From NCBI RefSeq assembly GCF_030144855.1, contig NC_082721.1, positions 56,792,001 through 56,856,000 on the forward strand: 64,000 nt of DNA, given 5' to 3'. Position 1 is the first letter of the stretch. The number at the start of each line of letters is the position of its first letter. Source of the DNA: Hypanus sabinus. Its lineage: Eukaryota. Both the position numbers and the translations under genes were made by a program. The notes under the pieces are model-generated. The model searched no databases. It saw nothing but the letters and a program-made list of their open reading frames with translations, and was not told where the DNA came from. This document shows, one piece after another, positions 53,901-64,000 of this stretch.

Positions 53901-54239
53901 GGTCAGATATTCTTCCCCCGTGAGCCCAACATCTCTTCCCCCATGATTCAGTCACTCAAAAGCCAACCCCCAACCCAGTAGGCCCTGTCACTCATGCCCA
54001 CAACAAAGTACACTCTGACTCTCATCCTGAGCACCCCTGAACCAGTACATCCAATCACTCATTCCCCCATGACCTGGTCAGTGCAATCATTCATCCCACA
54101 TGACCCGGTATGAGTAGCCACTCAACATCCAGGTCCCGATATACCCAATAAATCATCCCTCTTCTGGTTTACCCATTTATGCTTCCCCATAACCCCTGTC
54201 ATTCTCATGCTATGTCACCACATTCAATTATATACCCCG

Positions 54240-54480
54240 CCCCATCTGCTCATCCAATCACATGCCCACGTCCCATCAGCTCACCCAATCACATGCCCAC
54301 ACCCCATCAGCTCACCCTATCACATGCCCGCACCCCATCAGTTCACCCAATCACATGCCCACACCCCATCAGTTCACCCAATCACATGCCCACACCCCAT
54401 CAATTCACCCAATCACATGCCCACACCCCATCAGCTCACCCAATCACATGCCTGCACCCCATCAGCTCACCCAATCACTT
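54240..54480. repeat. 31-bp minisatellite (about 7.5 copies)
   Basis: Unit CATCAGCTCACCCAATCACATGCCCACACCC; period confirmed at 54301, 54332, 54363. Confidence 0.95.
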
Positions 54481-54844
54481 TGTCCCAAACTCCCACACCT
54501 GTGCCACCCAGCAGCACACCACTGTTTCTCACTTACAGCAGTTGGTTGTGTGTGAGCCCTTTTGTCTTTCTGCTCCTCCCAAATCCTGATCCTTTCTTTT
54601 CTACTTTCAGCCATGGTGTGCTGTTTTCCTGTCTCCCTGCAGCTTTTTCTGTCTCTCTCTTGTGTGCATGTGGTGTACATTAAATTCTCTGTCCTGGTCT
54701 AGCTTTACTGCCTTGCCTTTTGGTCTTCTAAAGCCTGCTGCATTCAAACACGGATCGCTCCTTTCTGGAAAAGAAAATCCACAAAGAGTTCAACAATAGG
54801 AATACCTGTATCTTCACACAAACAAAATCTGATGAACAACATCA

Positions 54845-55110
54845 GGGCCCACAGTAGTGTAGCGGTTAGCACAACACTATTAAAGCTCAGGGCATTCTGG
54901 AGTTCGGAATTCAATCCAGCACTGCTCTGTACATTTTCCCCATGGAATATATGGGTCTTCCCCTGGGTGCTCCATTTTCTCCCACAGGCCAAAAAAATAT
55001 CAGGTAGGTTAATTAATCATTGTAAATTGTCCTGTAATTAAGTTTGGGTTAATTGGGGTTGTGGCCCTTCGGCATGGCTCGAAGGGCCTACTCCACAGTT
55101 TTGCTAAATA
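54845..55110 (+). mobile_element. tRNA-derived V-SINE-like element
   Basis: tagtgtagcggttagc A box, degenerate B box, gggtgctcc...ctcccaca V-domain-like core, taaataaa tail. Confidence 0.75.
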
Positions 55111-56686
55111 AATTCCCTTATTAACTGTGTTTATACAGTAAAGTCTTTCTCCCAGCAGAGCACTACATCTATGTTAAGGGTTATATATCCATCCTCAACC
55201 CAGAACTGCTTCCCTAGGTCTGTTTATAGCCCAATGCTTTCTTGTGGTTAAACATTTATTTATATCTTCCTGATCTATACTTGCAGTTCTTCATCTATTT
55301 ACAAAGGTCACTCCAATATCCATGAAATACATCAAGCTGTTTCACCATGCCTCAAAACCTCTTTTTATGGTCTGTCTGGCCACTTCAGGTTGATTAAGTG
55401 GCCACTTTGTGTTCCCAAGCTGAAAAAAAACAAGAAATACTATAGAGATCACCTTTGAAAGGGAATCCTATTGGAGCCAAATGGTTGTTCTCTCTTCTTA
55501 CAGGGATGGACTACAGAAACAGCCTTGACTGGCACTGGCGCTCTCCATCCCATTCCTGGAAATGTTAAGCCTGTGGTTGCAAGACCAGCCACAGCAAACA
55601 CCAGTTCAATAATAATGCTACAGAAATTCACATCATTACAGACCCAGGAGAAAAGTACATGGGCTTTTCTCTTTGGACCTAAGAATGAGAGGTGTACAAG
55701 ATGATAAGGGGCATAGATTGAGTGGACAGCCGGAGACTTTTGTCCAGGGCAGAAATGGCTAATACGAGGGGCCATATAAGGTGACTCGAGAAAAATACAA
55801 GGGTGATGTCAGAGGAAGGTTTCTTTCCCCCACAAAGAGAGGTGGGTGCATGGGAATGCATTGCAAGAGGTGGTGATAGAGGCATATACATTAGGGACAT
55901 TTAATTAAACTTAAATAGGCACAAATGAAGGGCCATGTAGGAGCAAAGAGTTAAGACTGATTGTAGAGCAGGTTAAAAGGTTGGCACATTGTGGGCTGAA
56001 GGACCTGTATTGTTCTATGAACGTGGTGACAAGTTTTAGCAAATTATAATTTTAATAACCCCTCACATGGTATCCAAAAGTCCAAATACATCTAACAGAC
56101 TTGATACAAATGATTTTACTTTCATGAATCCACACAGACTCTGCCCAGTTCTACAATTATTTTGCAACTGCCCAAACAATTGTTTTGCACCAGACGACTC
56201 TATAGAGTTACTCTGTCCAAGGTAATCCTAACCTCACTGCATCATTAAATATTAAGCCAGTGAAACTAAGATGTGTAGGTGACAGACTCGAGGCCAATGA
56301 CCTTCCCACACATTTTTATGAGGCTGTTAGCATTAAGAGTTCACATTGATAATGGAATCAAGACCAGACCATTGGCACAGAAACATGCCCAATTCATCCA
56401 TGCTGACCATGATTCCTATCTAGGAGGCACACTGGACAATGTTCTTCATTGTTGCAAACAACACATATCACTGCATATTTCAATGTGCATGTGACAAATA
56501 CAGCTAATCTTAATCTTGATCCCATCTGCCTGTATCAGGTCCAAATCGCTTTGCAAATCCAAGCACCTGTCCCAAACACATTTTAAATGTAATTTTATCA
56601 GCAGCTTATTTGAAATGTTCACCAACCTCTGTGTGAAAAACCTGCCTTAAGTCTCCTTTGAATTTCTCCCTTCTCACCTCAAACCT

Positions 56687-57240
56687 AGAATATTGTGTGC
56701 AGTTTTGGTCCCCTAATCTGAGGAAAGACATTCTTGCCATAGAGGGAGTACAGAGAAGGTTCACCAGATTGATTCCTGGGATGGCAGGACTTTCATATGA
56801 AGAAAGACTGAATCGACTAGGCTTATACTCACTGGAATTCAGAAGATTGAGGGGGGATCTTACTGAAACGTATAAAATTCTAAAGGGATTGGACAGGCTA
56901 GATGCAGGAAGATTGTTTCCAATGTTGGGGAAGTCCAGAACGAGGGGTCGCAGTTTAAGGATAAAGGGGAAGCCTTTTAGGACTGAGATGAGGAAAAATT
57001 TCTTCACACAAAGAGTGGTGAATCTGTGGAACTCTCTGCCACAGGAAACAGTTGAGGCCGGTTCATTGGCTATATTTAAGAGGAAGTTAGATATGGTCCT
57101 TGTGGCTAGAGGGATCAGGGGGTATGGAGAGAAAGCAGGTACAGGGTTCTGAGTTGGATGATTAGCCATGATCATACTGAATGACAGTGCAGGTTTGAAG
57201 GGCCAAATGGCCTACTCCTGCACCTATTTTCTATGTTTCT
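56687..57240 (+). mobile_element. Young CR1 3' fragment inserted into an older CR1
   Basis: Open frame LEYCVQFWSP...FFTQRVVNLWNSLP; tail ttttctatgtttct; AACCT duplicated at 56682-56686 and 57241-57245. Confidence 0.92.
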
Positions 57241-58202
57241 AACCTGTGCCTACAGCTCTCCACTCCCCCACCCCAGGGAAAAGAATCTGATCACCTATCT
57301 CATCTGTGCATCTCATTGTTTTATCAACCTCTACAAGGTCAGCTCATGCATTCCAGTGAGAATACATGAATACAGTTTATTTCACCTTATACCTACAACC
57401 TTCCAGTCCAGGCCACATCTTGATCAATCTCTCCTGCATGCTTTCTGCTGCTACCACTGTATGACCAGAACTGTACAACACACATCACAAATGGCTCCTC
57501 CACCAAATACTACTGTCTTTTTTACTACAGTCTCCACCCATGTCAACTTGCACTCAGAGGTCTCTATAAATCTACACTTCTAAGGTCCTTTCATTTATTG
57601 TCCTGCATATAACTCCTCATGCCTCCTTTGCCATTAAACTGCTCAAACAATTCCATTGCACAACATGAATCTGGAGATATTCTGTCCTAGGTAATCCTAA
57701 CCCGACTGTGTCATACGTTAAGGCGGTAGAAATAACTAAGGCACATAGGTGGTTTGACACATACTATAGTTGGTTCGACCTGCACAACTTTCTTCATCCC
57801 AATCCCCATCTTTAATTTACTCTGTGAACCAGTCTCCACAGGCCTCTGAGGCAGGTAACTTCTCATCGCAGTCCTGAATGGCCATTCCCTTAATTTAAGA
57901 CTCCAGTTCAATGCATCACCACCACACTTGCCTGGATTTTATACATTATACATTTCAGTGAGATCACTTTTCATTCTTCTAAGCTCTTCCTTCTAACCAA
58001 TCCTTCTTTGTTTTGCAAACTCAGGCAACCATGTTCAGAATGTTACACTTTCAGATAAGGAGACCAGGCCTGCAGGTAATGTTACAGATATAGTTCACTG
58101 GGGCTCCATACATAAATCTGATTGGTCAAGTGTATTTTTGTTTTTCATCTATTCCATGATACCACAGATCACCATCTCTTTTATTTCACATGAACAATGT
58201 GC

Positions 58203-59100
58203 ATCCAGCCAGTCTTGAATTTGCAAACAGGATTTCATAAAGCAGATCCTGATGTCCTCTAGCTGTACCCGCCTTAACACTTGCAAGGGCCGATACAGAA
58301 TTGCTACATATCACAATATTATTACAATCAACCTGCTCACTCCATTCTAGTGCTAACAATATGGCAAACATTTCAAATGCATAAACACTCAAGCAATCCG
58401 GCATTCTCTTGCTAATTTCCACTTGATATCTATCAATATTTATCTTGATAAGTATCACATTCATGTGGGTTCTAGTACAGTTGGGTATTATGGGAAATGA
58501 GACAGATAAACTGGCAAAAGCAGCAGTCAAAAAAGGACCTGTAGAGGTCAATATTAAACTATCACAATCAGGGGAAGAGCACACTGTGCAGAAGGATAAA
58601 TCAACAGTGGCAGCAGCATTGGGATAGAGCAATAAAAGGAAGTCATTTATATTCACTTCAGAACAGAGTAGATATGGGAAGGAGTAGGGGAGTAAAGTGG
58701 AAGGAGCAAGAAATTATAAGCAGACTGAGAATTCGGCACAGCAATCTTAATGGTACTCTGGCCATCATAAATAAACATCCGACAGTTTTTTGCGATCTAT
58801 GTCAGGAGACTGAAACAGTAGAGCATATCCTTATTTCATGCAGGAAATTTGCACAGGAAAGACAACAAATGCTACAACAATTATGCAAAATAGGATTGGT
58901 AGAGAACAGTGTTAAAGGTTTATGGGAATGTGGGGAGAGTGATCAGGGGAGGAAATGGTTGTTCAGTTTTTTAAGGGCGACGGGACTGGAAAGGTGACTT
59001 TAGGCAATCAAGTGAATGGACAATGAGGGACAGTAAATCCTGAAGATGGCAGTAATGCAACAGTGTGGATGCCAACTGCGGTAAAAACTCAAGGAAGAAA
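58203..59100 (+). mobile_element. RNase H-bearing non-LTR retrotransposon (I/Nimb-like) with inverted 5' segment
   Basis: RNase H halves on opposite strands; CDLC...VEHILISC knuckle; GAA-rich tail; 10-bp TSD AACAATGTGC at 58193-58202 and 59101-59110. Confidence 0.88.
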
Positions 59101-61413
59101 AACAATGTGCTTTCTGCTGACTACATCCCCAAAACACTGACCTATGAACTATGCCCACCAACATTTCTGTGGAACATTTCCACTTCGCTAATGCACATCT
59201 TGAACCTGTAGAGGTATTTAAAAGGAATCAAGATAAACATGAAGGGACAAGGGAATAGATAATGTTGATGGAATAACAGAACAGGAAGAGCTTAATTTGG
59301 AGAACAAACCAGTAGGTCAAAGTTTCTACCATAATTTCTGGATTCCTCATATCAAGAATATTTCTGTCTCCAATCCAAATCCTTTTAATCACCTACTAAA
59401 CTTCCTTCCTATGACACAAGTATGCTTAAATCACTACCTTAAAGCAACTCGACACCCATCGCGAACCACCAAGAAACAATAGCACAAGGCACATAGCAAA
59501 AATTTTTTTAAAAAGGTACTGTGTAAATATCTATGTGCCAACATCTGATACAGTCTTAAGCCTGAGACACATTAGCATTAGGAAAAATACTTCAAGATTG
59601 TGCAATTATCAGCACAATTCACCAGATGTTTTCAAGGTAGTTTATATATACACAGCAGCTCTCAATATAGCTGAACCATTATTATCTCAGAAATCACTCT
59701 TGCACTCAGTCCTAGCCATCTCCACTAATTCCATTTAGCCCCAAAATCATTACTGTTCAGCTGAACTCACTCCCTTCATTCAAGACTGCAGATCTCTGCA
59801 GGAATACCATGAGAAATGATGACATTGCAGACACCTATACGCCAGTGTGCTGAGATCCATGAGGTTTCCCTCACCCCCATGCATATTTTCAAGGATTCAT
59901 TTCAATGGCTAAGTTCATTTTTTTTTTATCAACGTATACAACTCTTCTTCTCCAGATAGTCACAAAACCAAGAACTAACAGCAGCATAATCATCAACTCC
60001 CAAAACCCCCCTCCCAAACTAAAAAAAAACAAAAACAGAACAGGCACATTGACCCCCAAATCCCCCTCGCCTGCACACAAAAACAAGAAAGATTGGGTGA
60101 AAGACACAATATAAAAAGTATAAGACTGAAAAAAAAAATTCCATTGTTAAGTCCATATCCAAAATGCAGAAAACCTGGGTAACATTCTCCAGGCACAGCA
60201 GCAGGCCTTTCCCTCTCTGTCAGTAGAGCAATTCCACCCCCCCCCCCCCAATCAAAAAGCTGACTCCCCTCTCCGGCAGCACAGCAATCCATCAGTGATC
60301 AAATAGCTGGCAGCTGACATTCTGTATTCACCTCAATATTTCAATCTCCCTCATCACTTTAATCAGCAAAATGGAGTTGAATCCTCTTATCATGTACAAA
60401 TCTAACAAGTCACCTCTCATCCACCTTTGCGCCAAGTAGCCCGAGCTTGCTCAACTTATTTTCATAAGACGTACTCTCTAATGCAGACAGTATCCTGGTA
60501 AAACTCCTCTGCACCCTCTCTAAAGCTTCCACATCCGTTCTGTAATGAGGCAACTAGAACTAACACAGTACTCCAAGTGTGGTCTAACCAGAGTTTTACA
60601 GAGCTTCAACATTAACCAATTCAGGAAGTGTCAAATATTCACAATGGCTTGGGAGGAAAAAAAAGCACCTCCTCTTTACCTGAAATGGGCAACCCTTTAA
60701 TTTCAGGATACTAACATAAAGAGATATCTACATTCATCCTGTCAAAAAAACCTAGGATCATACACTTTTGATCAAATCCAGCAAATATGAGCCAAACTTC
60801 ACGTCTTTACTGTGACTTGGGGAGTTGCTGATGAAGCATATAGCAGACATACAAGTTCTTCACCTGGTGCTCTCAATTACTTTCCCAAACCTTTTGTGGT
60901 ATTACAAATAACTGACTTATATTTTTGTACTTTAATCAGAATGTAGAAAATCTACAACTGTTGTCTTCAATAAATATTTGCATCTATGGTCTTTCTGCTG
61001 AGAGCTAACCACACATTATCATAGTATGACAGACAGTTTCTCCAACATTCAGCTTTCCCACCAACCTAATTCAGAGGCTTAAAATAATAAAAGGTGCAAG
61101 TGGCTGCTACACTGTCAGAGGCCCTGTCTGTCACAGATGCCTGAAAATCCAGGGTACTACTTCATATACGACAGTACCTAAATGTGGCTGTCGTTGAAGT
61201 CTTATAGCAGAGACACCGGCCTTCGGTCCACCACGTCCCTGCTGAACCTACACACTGATCCCTTTCACTTGGCCACTATCACGACATTTATTATGGGATC
61301 ATGCTGTGCAGGCAGGTCCTGCGTGGCGACGGCGGTCTGGAAGTGAAAAGCCGAGGACCGGTCTGCACAGCATGTGTCCGGCGATATGCGAGTCTGTTCG
61401 ACGGCACACCGAC

Positions 61414-61572
61414 CTGCTCCGGTGGCGAGGCCGCCGGCGGCCTATGAAGGGCAGCCCCGGGCCGAGACCCAGGCCTGGCGGCTTCGCCGCCCGCTCCATC
61501 TCCGGCGTAACTCGCCGAGTCATTTAACAGCGAGACGTCGTCGCCCGTCTGCGACTTGAAACAGTTTCCCAT
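61414..61572 (-). CDS. RNF11: RNF11-like coding exon 1 (MGNC acylation motif, DxxLL)
   Basis: ATG in ACGATGG context inside a CpG island; 53 codons ending SPPEQ; donor CAG|GTCGGT, phase 0. Confidence 0.88.
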
Positions 61573-61940
61573 CGTTAAATTGCCAAATAAGAGTTTTAAT
61601 AATTAAAATTCCATTTAATGTCGGAACCGTGACAGAGCATCACCAGTTCGATACCGTGGGCGCGCAACCTGTCGACATCTTGCCCGTCCCTTTCGCACTA
61701 ACCTGGTTCCCACTGGGCAAGGGCTCGGCTGATTGAAGGTACGAGTAACCATTCCCCGCCGCTCAATCGAAGAAAGCGACCAATCACAAGGCAGAGGGGT
61801 AGGTGGGTTCTGCGTCTTGTCTGATTGCCACCTGGACGGGGAGCTGGGGGGGGGGGAAGGGGGTTGACGTTGAATCGATGACGTCAGCGTAAATTGTGTT
61901 GAGTCGCGGGGCGGAACTTGTGCCTGTCGTGGGCGTTAAC
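61573..61940 (-). promoter_or_regulatory. CpG-island promoter/5' UTR of RNF11-like
   Basis: CpG-rich; full CRE TGACGTCA at 61879-61886, CCAAT at 61780-61784, GC box GGGGCGG at about 61908-61914. Confidence 0.75.
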
Positions 61941-62284
61941 TGCAATACGTACTACTATTTCTAAATTTTCTTTACATAAGTTTTCTCAAAATATGTCAAT
62001 TGGTTTGTAGATTTTGCCCAACACGAGCAGAGTACTGGAGGAACTCAGGAAGTCAGGCATCAGGATCATGAACAGTCGATGTTTCGGGCCGAGACTCCTC
62101 ATCGGACTGGGGAGGAAGGGAGCAAAAGCCAGAATAGGGGGAGCGGTAGGAGTACAAACTCGGTCGGTGAGAGGCAAGGAGGATGACGTAAAGCTGGGGG
62201 GGGGGGGTTAGGTGGAAGAGGTAAAGGGCTAAACAAAAAGTAAACTTAACAGGAGAGTGGACCAACAGAGAAGTGGAAGGAAGA

Positions 62285-62425
62285 CACAGGTGTACCACAA
62301 GGCTTTATGCTCAGCCCTTTGCTGTATTGGCATTACACTTATAACTGTGAGGCTAAGTACAGCTCCATTGACATACTTAAGTTTGCTGACAACACCACTG
62401 TTGTTGGCTGAATCAAAGGTAGTGA
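62285..62425 (+). mobile_element. Rex1-like RT fragment cut by the CR1 insertion
   Basis: TGVPQGFMLSPLLY and KFADNTTVVG remnants. Confidence 0.65.
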
Positions 62426-64000
62426 CATAGAAACATAGAAAATAGGTGCAGGAGTAGGCCATTCGGTCCTTCGAGCCTGCACCGCCATTCAGTATGATCA
62501 TGGCTGATCAACCAACTCAGAACCCTGTACCTGCTTTCTCTCAAATACCCCCTGATCCCTTTAGCCACAAGGGCCATAAATATAGTTTAATTCTTAATTC
62601 TTAATTAATTCCATAAATACACTTCCTCTTAGATATAGCCAATGAACTGGCCTCAACTGTTTCCTGTGGCAGAGAATTCCACAGATTCTCCACTCTCTGT
62701 GTGAAGAAGTTTTTCCTCATCTCGGTCCTGAAAGGCTTCCCCTTTATCCTTAAACTGCAACCCCTCGTTCTGGACTTCCCCAACATTGGAAACAATCTTC
62801 CTACATCTAGCCTGTCCTTTAGAATTTTATATGTTTTAGTAAGATTCCCCCCTCAATCTTCTGAACTCCAGTGAGTATAAGCCTAGTCGATCCAGTCTTT
62901 CTTCGTATGAAAGTCCTGCCATCCCAGGTATCAATCTGGTGAACCTTCTCTGTACTCCCTCTATGGCAAGAATGTCTTTCCTCAGATTAGGGGAACAAAA
63001 CTGCACACAATATTCTAGGTGCGGTCTCACCAAGGCCTCGTACAACTGCAGTAGAACCTCCCTGCTCCTGTACTCAAATCCTTTTGCTATGAATGCCAAC
63101 ATACCATTTGCCTTTTTCACCGCCTGCTGTACCTGCATGCCCACCTTCAATGACTGGTGTACAATGACACCCAGGTCTCTTTGCATCTCCCCTTTTCCTA
63201 ATCGGCCACCGTTCAGATAATAATCTGTTTTCCTGTTCTTGCAACCAAAGTGGATAACCTCACATTTATCCACATTAAATTGCATCTGCCATGAATTTGC
63301 CCACTCACCTAACCTATCCAAGTCATCCTGCATCCTCTTTGCATCCTCCTCACAGCTAACACCACCGCCCAGCTTCATGTCATCTGCAAACTTGGAGATG
63401 CTGCATTTAATTCCTCGTCTAAATCATTAATATATATTGTAAACAACTGGGGTCCCAGCACTGAGCCTTGCAGTACCCCACTAATCACTGCCTGCCATTC
63501 TAAAAAGGTCCTGTTTATTCCCACTCTTTGCTTCCTGTCTGCCAACCAATTCTCTATCCATATCAATACCATACCCCCAATACCGTGTGCTTTAAGTTTT
63601 CACACTAATCTCCTGTGTGGGACCTTGTCAAAAGCCTTTTGAAAATCTAAATATACCACAGCCACTGGCTCTCCCCTATCCACTCTACTAGTTACGTCTT
63701 CAAAAAATTCTATAAGATTCGTCAGACATGATTTTCCTTTCACAAGTGCATGCTGACTTTGTCCAATGATTTCACCTCTTTCCAAATGTGCTGTTATGAC
63801 ATCTTTGATAACCGACTCGAGCATTTTCCCCACCACCGATGTTTGACTATAATTCCCCGGTTTCTCTCTCCCTCCTTTTTTAAAAAGTGGGGTTACATTA
63901 GCCACCCTCCAATCCTCAGGAACTAATCCAGAATCTAAGGAGTTTTGAAAAATTATCACTAATACATCCACTATTTCTTGGGCTACTTCCTTAAGCACTC
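62426..64000 (-). mobile_element. Young CR1 LINE ORF2 (RT) and 3' end, runs off the window
   Basis: PEDWRVANVTPLFKKG, YLDFQKAFDKVPH, GSVLGPQLFTIYIND, LEYCVQF; few frameshifts; same subfamily as 56687-57240. Confidence 0.95.

Larger units (their letters stand above)
45919..61572 (-). other. RNF11: RNF11-like gene span, CDS join 61572-61414, 49289-49120, 46090-45919; 166 aa RING-H2 E3 ligase
   Basis: Spliced product MGNCFKSQTGDDVSLL...EQPRVPVYHPTPSQTRLATQLTEDEQIRIAQRLGLIQHLPKG...ECVICMMDFEYGDPIRFLPCMHIYHMECIDEWLMRSFTCPSCMEPVDAALLSSYKTN; RNF11-type three-exon layout. May be a paralogue rather than the strict orthologue. Confidence 0.93.

Noticed and set aside
52907-53981. Long ORFs (274-350 aa) in three plus frames
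   Set aside because: By-product of a stop-free tandem repeat; no splice or promoter context, and antisense within an intron.
54254-54272. ER-stress element (CCAAT...CCACG)
   Set aside because: Spacing is 7 rather than the required 9 nt, and only one unit has CCACG.

Overview
Vertebrate genomic DNA, most likely a cartilaginous fish and probably a ray; this is inferred from the CR1, V-SINE, Penelope and Rex1-type repeat content. Three spliced protein-coding genes can be read directly. (1) GET3/ASNA1 on the minus strand: exons 1-4 present, the rest lie left of the window. (2) TRIR/C19orf43 on the plus strand: complete, 3 coding exons, 155 aa, head-to-head with GET3 with the start codons about 380 bp apart. 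(3) An RNF11-like RING-H2 E3 ligase on the minus strand: complete, 3 coding exons, 166 aa, with an apparent 4.8-kb 3' UTR and no PPxY motif. Introns and intergenic DNA are dense with mostly decayed transposons, many with readable target-site duplications (TSDs): Tc1 elements, L1, Rex1/Babar, many CR1, a gypsy remnant with its 3' LTR, a hAT carrying two solo LTRs, a Tigger-like MITE, SINEs, Penelope-derived ends with relic hammerhead motifs, and two minisatellites. Most notable: the PY-less RNF11 paralogue, a 5'-inverted (twin-priming-type) RNase H-bearing LINE, the relic minimal hammerheads, the hAT/LTR composite and an inverted duplication in GET3 intron 1. I found no clear-cut wholly new system. 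Repeat family names come from recognised motifs, not database searches.
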